From the sequence record KJ019103.1: a DNA stretch of 64,000 bases; one strand, 5' to 3'. This document shows positions 47,813 to 57,882 of the stretch, piece after piece; the first letter of the stretch is position 1, and the number at the start of each line of letters is the position of its first letter. The position numbers were made by a program, and so were the translations under genes. The notes under the pieces were generated by a model. That model made no database searches and was not told the DNA's origin. It saw only the letters and a list, made by a program, of their open reading frames with translations.

Positions 47813-47900
47813 ACTTCCATCTAACCGAGACCTACGGGGAAGTAAAATACGTCTCTAATACCTACACCGGAGGGTGGTGTAGGAATAATACTATCGTCAG
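47813..47900 (+). ncRNA. PhotoRC-II-like cis-regulatory RNA in psbA leader; boundaries approximate
   Basis: CTAACCGAGACC...CGTCTC and CCTACACC/GGTGTAGG hairpins directly upstream of psbA. Confidence 0.72.
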
Positions 47901-47932
47901 CTCCCCCTGGCACTACTTACCCTTTTTACACA

Positions 47933-49012
47933 ATGGCTTCAACACTTACACGCCGTCAAGGCGCATCTATCTGGGATCAGTTTTGTTCCTGGGTCACATC
48001 AACCAACAATCGTCTTTACGTCGGTTGGTTCGGTGTTCTAATGATTCCTACATTGTTAGCCGCAACTGTATGTTTCATTATCGCTTTCGTGGGTGCTCCC
48101 CCAGTGGACATCGACGGAATCCGTGAACCAGTAGCTGGTTCACTCATGTATGGAAACAACATCATCTCTGGTGCAGTTGTTCCTAGTTCAAACGCAATCG
48201 GTCTACACTTCTACCCAATCTGGGAAGCAGCCACACTCGACGAATGGCTCTACAACGGTGGTCCTTTCCAACTAGTTGTCTTCCACTTCCTTATTGGTAT
48301 CTACGCCTATATGGGACGTGAGTGGGAACTCTCTTATCGTTTAGGTATGAGACCTTGGATCTGTGTAGCATACTCTGCACCAGTTGCAGCAGCTTCAGCA
48401 GTATTCCTAGTCTATCCTTTCGGTCAAGGTTCATTCTCAGACGCGATGCCCTTGGGTATCTCTGGAACATTCAACTACATGTTGGTCTTCCAAGCAGAAC
48501 ATAACATCTTGATGCACCCCTTCCACATGTTGGGAGTCGCAGGTGTCTTCGGTGGTTCATTGTTCTCAGCGATGCATGGTTCACTTGTTACATCTTCACT
48601 CGTAAGAGAGACAACTGAAACAGAATCCCAGAACTATGGTTACAAGTTTGGACAAGAAGAGGAGACCTACAACATCGTTGCAGCCCATGGCTACTTCGGT
48701 CGTTTGATCTTCCAATACGCCTCATTCAACAACTCACGCTCACTCCACTTCTTCTTAGCCGCATGGCCAGTTGTGGGTATCTGGTTCACCGCACTTGGTG
48801 TTTCCACAATGGCATTCAACCTCAATGGTTTCAACTTCAACCAGTCCGTCATTGATGGACAAGGTAGAGTTCTTAACACCTGGGCGGATGTATTGAACAG
48901 AGCTGGTCTAGGTATGGAGGTGATGCATGAGAGAAATGCACACAACTTCCCACTAGATTTGGCAGCAGCTGAGTCCACACCTGTGGCTCTAATTGCACCA
49001 TCTGTTGGTTGA
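47933..49012 (+). CDS. psbA: photosystem II D1
   Basis: [10 protein letters not shown]...[14 protein letters not shown]; no intron; Glu130 form (MGREWELS). Confidence 0.99.
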   Translation: MASTLTRRQGASIWDQFCSWVTSTNNRLYVGWFGVLMIPTLLAATVCFIIAFVGAPPVDIDGIREPVAGSLMYGNNIISGAVVPSSNAIGLHFYPIWEAATLDEWLYNGGPFQLVVFHFLIGIYAYMGREWELSYRLGMRPWICVAYSAPVAAASAVFLVYPFGQGSFSDAMPLGISGTFNYMLVFQAEHNILMHPFHMLGVAGVFGGSLFSAMHGSLVTSSLVRETTETESQNYGYKFGQEEETYNIVAAHGYFGRLIFQYASFNNSRSLHFFLAAWPVVGIWFTALGVSTMAFNLNGFNFNQSVIDGQGRVLNTWADVLNRAGLGMEVMHERNAHNFPLDLAAAESTPVALIAPSVG

Positions 49013-49034
49013 TCACTCAACCTGTGATATGATA

Positions 49035-49062
49035 AAAGGGGACTTCGGTCCCCTTTCTTTTT
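49035..49062 (+). terminator. terminator with UUCG tetraloop
   Basis: AAAGGGGAC-TTCG-GTCCCCTTT. Confidence 0.9.
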
Positions 49063-49082
49063 CTTTTGTAATGTAAAGTTTT

Positions 49083-49313
49083 ATGTCCCACGATCTAATC
49101 GAATTGCTCACTTACTATGTGATCGGTGGTGCCCTTATCATAGGACCACCCGCTATCTTTCTCATCATTGCTATGATGGCAGCACTCCAAAATACGAAAG
49201 GTCGCATGGTTGGATACAAAGATCACAAAACTTATGGTGATTCATCTATCTACGATCCGGCACCAAAATTGCCAGTAGATCAAACAAAATTCTTCCTGGA
49301 ACTTAACAACTGA
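49083..49313 (+). CDS. membrane-anchored hypothetical protein
   Basis: ORF track; N-terminal TM. Confidence 0.65.
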   Translation: MSHDLIELLTYYVIGGALIIGPPAIFLIIAMMAALQNTKGRMVGYKDHKTYGDSSIYDPAPKLPVDQTKFFLELNN

Positions 49314-49324
49314 GGTAAACAAAA

Positions 49325-50380
49325 ATGACGACAAGTACACTTACAACACCACAAAGGGGGTGGTATGATATTTTGGAGGATTGGCTTCAGAGAGATAGGT
49401 TTATCTTTATTGGCTGGTCTGGATTACTACTTCTTCCCACTGCTTATCTTGCCATTGGCGGCTGGCTTACTGGCACAACTTTTGTCACGAGTTGGTACAC
49501 CCATGGTCTTGCTTCTTCCTATCTTGAGGGTGCTAACTTTCTCACGGCGGCTGTCTCGACTCCTGCTGATGCTATGGGTCATTCTCTTCTTCTACTTTGG
49601 GGTCCTGAATCTCAGGGCGACTTCCAGCGGTGGCTCCAACTTGGAGGGCTTTGGTCCTTTGTTGCTCTCCACGGTGCCTTCGCTTTAATTGGATTCATGC
49701 TTCGTCAGTTTGAACTGTCACGACTCATTGGTATCCGTCCCTACAACGCTATTGCATTCAGTGGTCCTATCGCTGTATTTGTCAGTGTGTTTCTTCTATA
49801 CCCACTAGGTCAATCTTCCTGGTTCTTTGCCCCCTCCTTTGGTGTGGCAGCAATCTTTAGATTCCTATTGTTTCTTCAGGGTTTCCACAACTGGACACTG
49901 AACCCCTTCCATATGATGGGAGTTGCTGGTATACTAGGTGGAGCACTACTATCTGCAATCCATGGCGTTACTGTTGAAAATACCCTATATGAAGATGGAG
50001 AACAGAATAACACCTTCACTGCGTTCGATTCCACCCAGGAGGAAGAGACCTATTCGATGGTTACTGCGAACCGCTTCTGGTCGCAAATCTTCGGGGTTGC
50101 GTTTAGTAATAAGCGTTGGCTTCACTTCTTTATGTTGTTTGTTCCTGTCATGGGTCTTTGGGTCTCAAGTATTGGGATCATTGGGCTTGCTCTTAATCTT
50201 CGTGCTTATGATTTTGTGAGCCAAGAGATTAGAGCAGCAGAAGATCCTGAGTTTGAAACTTTCTACACAAAGAACATCCTTCTTAACGAAGGACTAAGAG
50301 CATGGATGGCACCTGTGGATCAACCACATGAGTCATTTGTATTCCCAGAAGAAGTTCTACCTAGAGGTAACGCATTGTGA
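49325..50380 (+). CDS. psbD: photosystem II D2
   Basis: [11 protein letters not shown]...[10 protein letters not shown]. Confidence 0.99.
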   Translation: MTTSTLTTPQRGWYDILEDWLQRDRFIFIGWSGLLLLPTAYLAIGGWLTGTTFVTSWYTHGLASSYLEGANFLTAAVSTPADAMGHSLLLLWGPESQGDFQRWLQLGGLWSFVALHGAFALIGFMLRQFELSRLIGIRPYNAIAFSGPIAVFVSVFLLYPLGQSSWFFAPSFGVAAIFRFLLFLQGFHNWTLNPFHMMGVAGILGGALLSAIHGVTVENTLYEDGEQNNTFTAFDSTQEEETYSMVTANRFWSQIFGVAFSNKRWLHFFMLFVPVMGLWVSSIGIIGLALNLRAYDFVSQEIRAAEDPEFETFYTKNILLNEGLRAWMAPVDQPHESFVFPEEVLPRGNAL

Positions 50381-50622
50381 TTAACGCACTCTTCACTTTT
50401 ATATTTGCTGCGGTGATGTGGGTGCAAGTCCCACAGTGGCAGGATGATTGGTCTAAGTGCGCAGTAGATGTACCTGATGTTCAATGTCATTGGTATATCA
50501 CAGCACCCGATAGCACCATGGGTGAAGGATTTAGTTGGGCGAATGCCCCTTGGTTCAGTGCTGAAGGTCTCCTTGATATTGGAGAACTTCACAACACAGT
50601 TCAATCACTTCAGGAGGCATGA
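50377..50622 (+). CDS. hypothetical protein
   Basis: ORF track; coupled to psbD. Confidence 0.7.
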   Translation: MINALFTFIFAAVMWVQVPQWQDDWSKCAVDVPDVQCHWYITAPDSTMGEGFSWANAPWFSAEGLLDIGELHNTVQSLQEA

Positions 50623-50834
50623 TGAATATATTATTTTTAGTATTATACTTCGTCTGCTTCTGTCTCATTGCAGGTGGTGCCGCAGCTATGATGTATGCAA
50701 ACATACAATCTATCTGGAACACACCACCCGCTCCACCTAAACCAATTCATCCTGAGGCACCTGTAGCAGGTGAAGAGGTTATGTATGTCGATCTAACAAG
50801 AGAAAAACTGGAAGATTTGTACCATGAACATTGA
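50619..50834 (+). CDS. small membrane protein
   Basis: N-terminal TM. Confidence 0.65.
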   Translation: MMNILFLVLYFVCFCLIAGGAAAMMYANIQSIWNTPPAPPKPIHPEAPVAGEEVMYVDLTREKLEDLYHEH

Positions 50835-50946
50835 ATACCTTTTAGGTTGGGTTGCTATTCTTGTTTTGTTTATAGCAACACAGAATACTGATGATGACGA
50901 TGATCCAGAAGGTGGTATGATGGTTCCTTCCACTCAATCTACATAA
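50824..50946 (+). CDS. 40-aa membrane peptide with DDDDDPEGGMM tail
   Basis: Hand-translated; followed by terminator near 50957-50984. Confidence 0.6.
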   Translation: MNIEYLLGWVAILVLFIATQNTDDDDDPEGGMMVPSTQST

Positions 50947-51068
50947 CAAAACTACAAGGGGATTGCTAACAATCCTCTTTTTTTGTGTCGTTATTTTGTT
51001 TGATTGTTATATATTGTGTGTATTCTCACACAAACCATATACATAGAGTGTAGAACAAGAGGAGTATT

Positions 51069-51269
51069 ATGTTATCGCATAATCTTATTTCGCATAACCA
51101 ATTAGAAGGTTGGCGAGAATCTTTTCAGAAGATAGATAAATCTACCAATAGAACAACAGACGAACTAAACCTAATTAATGATTACTATGATTGCTTAATA
51201 GAGTGTGATGATAACCAATCAGCATGTAAGCGTATCTGTAAACATGTATTGACATCTCCACCAATTTAA
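51069..51269 (+). CDS. small Cys-rich hypothetical protein (CxxxC..CxxxC)
   Basis: GAGGAG SD; terminator at 51282-51308. Confidence 0.75.
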   Translation: MLSHNLISHNQLEGWRESFQKIDKSTNRTTDELNLINDYYDCLIECDDNQSACKRICKHVLTSPPI

Positions 51270-51308
51270 ATATGTTAGAATGGAGGGTATAACAACCCTC
51301 CTTTTTTT

Positions 51309-51476
51309 ATGCGATTCGATTTAACCATGGATGATTATGCCATCATCCTCAACGCATTACACTATTATAAGAAAGTAGAGAAGCGTGGCAACTTCAAGCA
51401 GTATAATGAGGAGCGAGTTAACGATCTTAGGGACCGAATGGCCCACCAAATCGTCTGGGAACAGGGTGAAGAGTAG
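51309..51476 (+). CDS. small hypothetical protein (55 aa)
   Basis: Hand-translated. Confidence 0.55.
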   Translation: MRFDLTMDDYAIILNALHYYKKVEKRGNFKQYNEERVNDLRDRMAHQIVWEQGEE

Positions 51477-51591
51477 CAAATACCACCATTTTCAGGAACC
51501 TCTCACCAAACCTTTGGGATACACTATGGGAAAACGGGTTGTTGATCGCCTATAATAAGGGGGTAGAACACAACTGGAGAGAAAATCCACT

Positions 51592-51975
51592 ATGAAAATC
51601 CAACAATCAATGCTTCGTCGTCTTGCCGCTAAGAAGGGAAAGAAGCAGAACGGATTCACACTAATTGAACTGATGGTGGTTGTTGCTATCGTTGGTGTAT
51701 TGTCGGCTGTTGGTCTCCCTCAGTTGTTGAAAGCACAAGACCGAGCAAAGATCTCAGTAGCACAACAGGAAGCAGTCAACTACGCTAAAGAGTGTTCTAT
51801 CTCCATTCTTACAGGTGGTGATGGTCCTGTCGTTGCTAACTTTTCAACAGTTCCTGCCGACCAAACCTGTGCCGCTGGTACTGATGTAACCGCTTTATCT
51901 GATACTGAGACAGTAGTAACCTGGACAGTAGAAATGGAAGGCGGCATCCCTGGCGTTCCTTCTTCCGATGAGTGA
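51592..51975 (+). CDS. type IV prepilin
   Basis: Basic leader, G/FTLIELMVVVAIVGVLSAVGLP with E+5, Cys pair. Confidence 0.92.
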   Translation: MKIQQSMLRRLAAKKGKKQNGFTLIELMVVVAIVGVLSAVGLPQLLKAQDRAKISVAQQEAVNYAKECSISILTGGDGPVVANFSTVPADQTCAAGTDVTALSDTETVVTWTVEMEGGIPGVPSSDE

Positions 51976-51981
51976 TCTATT

Positions 51982-52545
51982 ATGAACCTAATGTCCACCA
52001 TGGTGGGACTTAGCATCATGGGGGCTTCTGCCCCCGCTATGATGAAAATGTCCATGGCACCATATGAAGCACAACTAAGAGCACAAAACCTAGGTGTAGC
52101 CGAAACTGCTGCTGTAGTATTCGCCGCTACTTACGAAGGTAAGCTCGAACTCCCAGAAGATACAGACACCTGTGTATCAAAACTACGTGAAGGTACTGCA
52201 AACGCTTTTAGCGTTACCTGTACTGAAGGTGATGGTAGGTATGTTCAGTCTGTAACTCGTGCATTCCGTCTAGCTGTTCCCGATGAAGGACTAGACGGTG
52301 GTAATGCAACTGATACAAGCAGAGAGTTTGCATTTGAAACTCCTACTCGTTTCTCAGGACACCAATGTCCTGGTTATGATTCCTGGGGAGTCAACGGTTA
52401 CAATGACAAAAACTACTCTGCCTTAGGTGGAGCTTGTATTCCTAACGATGGATGGAATCAAACTAATTATCAGTTCTCTGATCCAGACGCTTGGCTTTAT
52501 GACATCAACAACCGTAATGGTTGGGGAGCACATCCTGACTACTAA
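51982..52545 (+). CDS. pilin-like protein without cleavable leader
   Basis: MNLMSTMVGLSIMG...AQNLGVAETAAV N-terminal helix; four Cys; adjacent to pilin. Confidence 0.55.
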   Translation: MNLMSTMVGLSIMGASAPAMMKMSMAPYEAQLRAQNLGVAETAAVVFAATYEGKLELPEDTDTCVSKLREGTANAFSVTCTEGDGRYVQSVTRAFRLAVPDEGLDGGNATDTSREFAFETPTRFSGHQCPGYDSWGVNGYNDKNYSALGGACIPNDGWNQTNYQFSDPDAWLYDINNRNGWGAHPDY

Positions 52546-52727
52546 TGATTGAGTTACTCGCATCTAGCATTATCATTTACGGTAATGCCAACGGGGTGTG
52601 GTCTCCCTCACATCCCGATATTTATCCTTATTCAGAACCACCTACACGAGTAGAAAAACCTGAAATTCCAAAAACATCTACGACTAGCGGAAATGGAGAT
52701 ATCATTTTCCCTCAACTATTAGAATAA
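52545..52727 (+). CDS. small hypothetical protein
   Basis: Coupled; followed by terminator 52749-52771. Confidence 0.55.
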   Translation: MIELLASSIIIYGNANGVWSPSHPDIYPYSEPPTRVEKPEIPKTSTTSGNGDIIFPQLLE

Positions 52728-52748
52728 CTAAAACTAGGAAACACACAC

Positions 52749-52781
52749 AGGAGGGAAACCCTCCTTTTTTTGTGCTATAAT
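52749..52781 (+). terminator. terminator fused to extended -10 promoter
   Basis: AGGAGGG-AAA-CCCTCCT, T-run, GTGCTATAAT. Confidence 0.82.
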
Positions 52782-52804
52782 TATAAGTGAGTTGTGAGAT
52801 TTCT

Positions 52805-53086
52805 ATGGACGAAAGAATAAGAACTTTATATGTCTTTCAGTCGGATGATCGTCTTATAACTCATGACGGGCATGTCCAACTAGGTTGTCATAACATGACC
52901 ATGGAAAAGTTTATGTCTTTCGATAGGGAGAATATCCGATACATCGAAACCTACTGGTTGCCTGATGTATTTGGAAATAGGTATAAGCGTTCTAACTTCC
53001 AAGCACACCAGAGGGTATCTGGGGAGAAGGGTGTATTAGAACTATCTAATAACCAACCAGGAAACAGACTTGATAGGTCTGTATAA
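52805..53086 (+). CDS. hypothetical protein
   Basis: ORF track, start adjusted. Confidence 0.65.
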   Translation: MDERIRTLYVFQSDDRLITHDGHVQLGCHNMTMEKFMSFDRENIRYIETYWLPDVFGNRYKRSNFQAHQRVSGEKGVLELSNNQPGNRLDRSV

Positions 53087-53114
53087 GGCACCTATATACA
53101 CAAAAAGGATTCCT

Positions 53115-53324
53115 ATGGGACCTATAATTGTATTTGCTTGTTTTCTACCTATAGTTGCTATATTCATTGTAATAAAACTAGCTGTTTGGGTAGAAGCTGT
53201 TAACTCCGAAACAAACTATGTCAGAGAAGAATCTTCAAGACAACGAGGACCTTGGGTGGAAAACCCATATGAGGATATTGATGTTGAGGAAGAGGAGTAT
53301 GGAGATCGCACAGACTATCGATGA
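53115..53324 (+). CDS. membrane-anchored hypothetical protein
   Basis: ORF track, start adjusted. Confidence 0.65.
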   Translation: MGPIIVFACFLPIVAIFIVIKLAVWVEAVNSETNYVREESSRQRGPWVENPYEDIDVEEEEYGDRTDYR

Positions 53325-53451
53325 AGCGATTAACGACTATTATTCGCTTCATGGACTCCCTGTTCCCGATTGGAAACTGAAAAAGAATCCAGACTGGTGG
53401 ATTGAATACTTACTTTCTCTTGGATTAACTGATAACAATGAACCCCTTTAA
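53299..53451 (+). CDS. small hypothetical protein
   Basis: GAGGAG SD before ATG53299. Confidence 0.6.
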   Translation: MEIAQTIDEAINDYYSLHGLPVPDWKLKKNPDWWIEYLLSLGLTDNNEPL

Positions 53452-53610
53452 GATACTCGGACCTTTCCTGAACCTATTGGTGGTGTATAGTCTATGGTAT
53501 TCTGACTTATACAGTAGGAATCGATACTACGCATATGGTATTGTACTACTACACATTCTCGTACTGGCATCAATTCCAACCATACCCGCAATTCTATATT
53601 GGTATTAATT

Positions 53611-54261
53611 ATGAAGATCTTTTTAGACACTGCTGACTTGAATGAGATCAGAGAAGCATCATCCACTGGTTTGATTGATGGGGTGACTACCAACCCAACA
53701 CTCATTCTAAAGAGTGGTAATGACCTATACTCCACTGCAAAACTATTACAACTAGAATACCCCACATTTGAGAGTATCTCCACTGAGGTGGTTGCAGACA
53801 CCGCAGAGGAGATGGTAGAACAGGCACGTCAGTATCTTAATATTGGATCTGCAATCACTGTTAAGGTTCCTTGTACTGTAGAGGGTCTTAAGGCGTGTAG
53901 AACACTCTCAGAGGAGGGTGTGAAGACCAATGTGACCCTTGTGTTCTCTGTATCCCAGGCTATCCTGGCAGCTAAGTCAGGAGCCACCTACGTGTCTCCC
54001 TTTGTTGGTAGGGTGAATGATAACTCCTTCAGTGGAGTTGCACTTATCCAAGCTATCTCAGAGACCTTCTCCCTACACAGGGTGAAGACAGAGGTATTGG
54101 CAGCTTCAGTTCGTGAAGCAAACCAAGTAGGACGTTGTTTTGCAGCTGGTGCTGACATTTGCACCATCCCAACCAAAGTATTCTGGAAGATGTACGAGCA
54201 CATTCTCACAGAGAAAGGTTTAGAACTCTTCCAAAAGGACTGGGAGAACTCAGTACGATAA
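53611..54261 (+). CDS. talC: transaldolase (TalC/FSA type)
   Basis: IFLDTA, GVTTNP, VKVP, TNVTLVFS, YVSPFVGR. Confidence 0.97.
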   Translation: MKIFLDTADLNEIREASSTGLIDGVTTNPTLILKSGNDLYSTAKLLQLEYPTFESISTEVVADTAEEMVEQARQYLNIGSAITVKVPCTVEGLKACRTLSEEGVKTNVTLVFSVSQAILAAKSGATYVSPFVGRVNDNSFSGVALIQAISETFSLHRVKTEVLAASVREANQVGRCFAAGADICTIPTKVFWKMYEHILTEKGLELFQKDWENSVR

Positions 54262-54324
54262 AGTGTGAATATTCACACTTTAAGTATTATATAAATATTA
54301 AAGAATACATATTTCTTTGCATAA

Positions 54325-54531
54325 ATGAAACGTCCAGCCTTTTATTTGGTTGCGAGTGTTGTTATTGTTCAGATGTTAATGGCGGCGGGGGTATTATTTG
54401 GTTGTTTTGCACGACCGGATCCCCGTTGTACCGGAGATAAGGCATCTGATTTACTGAATAATATTATTGTACAAACTTTCGCACTCTATGCGGCTGAGAA
54501 AGTTTCCCATAAAGACGATAAACAAGTATAG
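54325..54531 (+). CDS. small membrane protein
   Basis: Late promoter 54290; TM segment. Confidence 0.6.
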   Translation: MKRPAFYLVASVVIVQMLMAAGVLFGCFARPDPRCTGDKASDLLNNIIVQTFALYAAEKVSHKDDKQV

Positions 54532-54570
54532 TGTGGTAGAATAGGGGAGAACACCTCCACCTATTTTTTT

Positions 54571-55059
54571 ATGCCTATCAATAAAGAGTATTATGATAAA
54601 TGGTATGGGATATGGAGTTCCCAATCAGAAGATGTATTGGAAGTTACTGCCTTAGTTAGAGCTATTGAATGTACTAATGGGTGTATTCAGTGGGCGTTTA
54701 GGGACGATGATGACAGGTCACTACCCATTGAGAAGACCAGAGAGGCTATGAAACTCTCCATGGGTGTGATGAAGAATAAGGTTTTACCATTCCCTGATGG
54801 TGGGAAGTTTGTTATCCCAGAGGATGTAGTTCCCCTCATGGATAAGTCCAGAGATATTTACATTAGAGGATTCAAACAAGGTGATGAGGATGCCTACCAA
54901 GAGTTTATGGCACTATCCAAGTCACACTTTGTTGTAATGGGTAGAGAGAGGATGGATAGAAACTTCCAGAAAGTGAAGGACCATTTCATAGATGTGTTTA
55001 GTGACTACTGGATTGAGATGGGTAGGGGATACGTTTATGCCCTTGGGGAGTTTGTATAA
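54571..55059 (+). CDS. hypothetical protein
   Basis: ORF track. Confidence 0.75.
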   Translation: MPINKEYYDKWYGIWSSQSEDVLEVTALVRAIECTNGCIQWAFRDDDDRSLPIEKTREAMKLSMGVMKNKVLPFPDGGKFVIPEDVVPLMDKSRDIYIRGFKQGDEDAYQEFMALSKSHFVVMGRERMDRNFQKVKDHFIDVFSDYWIEMGRGYVYALGEFV

Positions 55060-55083
55060 ATATCGGGTATCGCTTCTCCTCCA

Positions 55084-55275
55084 ATGGACGAAAATAGTGC
55101 ATCACGTATTTTAGATTCAGCGGGAAAGGGTGGGCATGTTAATCCTACTGCCCTGGCTGTTGCTATCCGTGCCGCAGTGAAGGAATGTCTAGACCATAAT
55201 GGTATGGTTAGTATGTCATCCCTCTACGAACTCAGTTGTCAGTTGGAAAAGAAGGGAAAAGAGTGGTATGATTAG
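55084..55275 (+). CDS. hypothetical protein
   Basis: ORF track; TATAAATA upstream. Confidence 0.6.
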   Translation: MDENSASRILDSAGKGGHVNPTALAVAIRAAVKECLDHNGMVSMSSLYELSCQLEKKGKEWYD

Positions 55276-55295
55276 TAAACTTATTTGGTGATGTC

Positions 55296-55496
55296 ATGAG
55301 TGAAAAACTTTGGGTGAAGATGGCGGAAGTATTCTACAATAAGGATGCCGAGACCGCAGAGCGAATGGGAGTTGAGAACTTCTTCAATAAAGCAGCATCT
55401 AGAATGATTACAGTTGTTGCTGAGAGTATTGATGGGGAGGAGAGACTATACCTAGAAGAGCAATCCAAAATAGCAGAGGCTGAACAACGAGTATGA
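55296..55496 (+). CDS. hypothetical protein
   Basis: ORF track. Confidence 0.6.
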   Translation: MSEKLWVKMAEVFYNKDAETAERMGVENFFNKAASRMITVVAESIDGEERLYLEEQSKIAEAEQRV

Positions 55497-55720
55497 ACAC
55501 TTACTATGTGATAGTATACACACTAGTATTCTTTGTTGGTGTATGTATTATTGAACCCAACCTACTCAAGTGGATAGAACTCCAGTTTAAGTGGGCAGGT
55601 ATAAACGTTAGAAGAGCTATACTTATAGTTCAATTTCATCCACGTAACTTTGTTACCAACTGGATAATTCGTAGGAAGTTTCAGAAGATTATCAGAGAAC
55701 ATAGTCAACCTAAAGAGTAG
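55493..55720 (+). CDS. hypothetical membrane protein
   Basis: ORF track; coupled. Confidence 0.6.
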   Translation: MNTYYVIVYTLVFFVGVCIIEPNLLKWIELQFKWAGINVRRAILIVQFHPRNFVTNWIIRRKFQKIIREHSQPKE

Positions 55721-55892
55721 GAGTTAGTTGTGATTGAGACTTTGGCGTTTGTTTTCCTTTCATGCCAAGATGCACGTCAGGTTGCAGATCGTGCAATGAA
55801 TACTGAGAGTATTACCAAAGAAGTAGCCATAGAAGTTATTATTGAACTTGATATAGCTTCTGGCGGCAAATGTAACTTACCTGGAATAACTG

Positions 55893-56282
55893 ATGGGCAT
55901 GTTTGATACTATAAGATGCTCCTATGATATTGGAGAACTAACTGATGTAGAATGTCAGTCTAAGAATATAGATGATTGGGGAGGCACTATGTCTTTCTAT
56001 TGGGTAGATCCTAATGGGAGGTTGTGGTCTCCCAGTTATGCTGGAACCTATGACTTTGTTCCTGAAGAGGGACCCTTCCCTGAGCTCGGAAAGGGGAAGC
56101 TTAGTCATGTACAATATTTGGGTACTACACCTAATGGAACTCATGGGAAGTATCAGTTCGTATCTATGACAAGATGTATAGAGATATATGATACAAAAAC
56201 ACATGCAGATGGGTATGTAGAGTTTGTGACATGTTATTTGTCATTCTACCAAGGACTACTGAGAGATTACTTTTATAAATAA
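55893..56282 (+). CDS. hypothetical protein (MGMFDTIRCSY...)
   Basis: ORF track. Confidence 0.7.
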   Translation: MGMFDTIRCSYDIGELTDVECQSKNIDDWGGTMSFYWVDPNGRLWSPSYAGTYDFVPEEGPFPELGKGKLSHVQYLGTTPNGTHGKYQFVSMTRCIEIYDTKTHADGYVEFVTCYLSFYQGLLRDYFYK

Positions 56283-56307
56283 GTCCATATAGAGTTGTTT
56301 TTAACCA

Positions 56308-57804
56308 ATGGATCTCCAATCATATATCCAACTTAAAGAGGCGTACACCAACGTCCACTCCCCAAAGGTAGAAGTCACTAGAGAAGAAGTTGATGCTTTC
56401 ATTGATGCTCTACTGGAAGAAGGATACGATCTAAGTGAGTTCACTTGGGAGGAAGTCCGTGATGCTTACCTAGAAGAGGGTGTTGCTAATAATCCTCGTT
56501 GGGGAGTTATTGGTCAAGGTGCAAGACTTCTTCAGAAAGGTTTTGGTAACAAAGAACAGGGAGATGCTGCTAGGGATTATGAGACATCTGTAAATAATAT
56601 TAATAGTCGTAGAAATCAAAATTCTAGTACATCAACCGCAACTGCTAACGAGATTGCAGCAGAAACCAAAGGTAGGAAAGCTCAGACAGGTGGTGGATCT
56701 AGTTCTAGTGGATCTAGTTCTAGTGGATCTGGTGGATCAAGTCTCTCTGATTCTGTTGCTAGAAAACAGAAAGAGGCTGATGCCAAACGCGCAAGACAAA
56801 GGGAGACTGGTGGAACTGGAGCCACCGACAATAAGCCCGCTGGTGGTTCCGGTGGATCCGGTGGTTCCGGTGGATCCGGTGGTTCCGGTGGATCCGGTGG
56901 TTCTGGTGGATCCGGTGGCGGCAGTAATAGACCAGTAGCAAAGGCTAAGCCAGTACAGACAGCACAACAGAAGGCAGACTCTTCTACTAACGCACAGTAT
57001 GACAAGTTGAGGAAGTCTGATCCAGCTGCCGCTAAGAAGTTTGGTATGGCTGCATCACAGAAGAAGTTTGGTAATCAACTAAAGCCAAAGACTCCAAATC
57101 CATTGATGAGGGGTATGAATACTGCTTCTACTAAGCCAGCAACTACTCCTAAGCCAGCAACTACTCCTAAGCCAACAACTCCAGTATCAGACTCATCTCC
57201 TGTTAGGGCAATGAGTAAGACTACCCCCACACCAGCTGCCTCCAAGCCAAAGGCAACACCTATCAAGTCAAGTCGCCTAAACAAGGCACTATCCAGTGTT
57301 GGTGAAGCAGTGGAATTTGATTCCTTTGATATCATCCTAGAATACCTAGTTGATTCTGGTTTCCCACAACAGGAAGCTCTCGTCATCATGGCGGAAATGC
57401 CTGAAGAGAAACGCGAAGAGATTCTCGAAGCTATGAAGCATCGTGACGCCAAGACTGGTGAAGTCACAGACAAGCCTGAAATTGGCAAGACATACTACCC
57501 CCATGGTGAGCGTCAGAAGTCTTCTGTAGCTCTTCGCAAAGAGAAGGAGAGGGCAGATGCTAAAAAGAAATCAGTGAAGGAGGATAGAGCTTCCCTCGCA
57601 GATGCCTATCGGGCAGTTTATTCTGAGGAAGCTTCCGATACTAAAAAGGATAAGCACCTAGAGCGTGGTGGTCACTCTGCTAAGACTGACTATAGTAAGC
57701 CACCTTCTACTGGTAACACCTTCGGTAAGAAGCCATCTATGAGTGAGGAAGATCGTAGTGAGGCTATGGCTAAGATTGTGGCTAGAATGAAAGGTAAGAA
57801 ATAA
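56308..57804 (+). CDS. probable internal head protein with low-complexity linkers
   Basis: Late promoter; LLEEGYDLSEFTWEEV module; GGS and TTPKPA repeats. Confidence 0.7.
   Translation: MDLQSYIQLKEAYTNVHSPKVEVTREEVDAFIDALLEEGYDLSEFTWEEVRDAYLEEGVANNPRWGVIGQGARLLQKGFGNKEQGDAARDYETSVNNINSRRNQNSSTSTATANEIAAETKGRKAQTGGGSSSSGSSSSGSGGSSLSDSVARKQKEADAKRARQRETGGTGATDNKPAGGSGGSGGSGGSGGSGGSGGSGGSGGGSNRPVAKAKPVQTAQQKADSSTNAQYDKLRKSDPAAAKKFGMAASQKKFGNQLKPKTPNPLMRGMNTASTKPATTPKPATTPKPTTPVSDSSPVRAMSKTTPTPAASKPKATPIKSSRLNKALSSVGEAVEFDSFDIILEYLVDSGFPQQEALVIMAEMPEEKREEILEAMKHRDAKTGEVTDKPEIGKTYYPHGERQKSSVALRKEKERADAKKKSVKEDRASLADAYRAVYSEEASDTKKDKHLERGGHSAKTDYSKPPSTGNTFGKKPSMSEEDRSEAMAKIVARMKGKK
56842..56919 (+). 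repeat. 9-nt tandem repeat (ggtggWtcc) x8 encoding (GGS)n
   Basis: Direct reading; further coding repeats at 56692-56735 and about 57130-57183. Confidence 0.95.
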
Positions 57805-57882
57805 TAGTGTTATAATAACCCCATAGGTCCATTCCCATGGGGTTTTTTGTTATGAATACATAAAACTAGATGGACTTACTCC

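Noticed and set aside
22192-50380. Introns or inteins in nrdA, nrdB, psbA or psbD
   Set aside because: All four are continuous ORFs of normal length.
51069-51269. CP12
   Set aside because: Lacks the AWD.VEEL core and the CP12 C-terminal cysteine pattern.
56842-56919. Tandem repeat as a CRISPR array
   Set aside because: No spacers; in-frame GGS coding repeat; no cas genes in the window.
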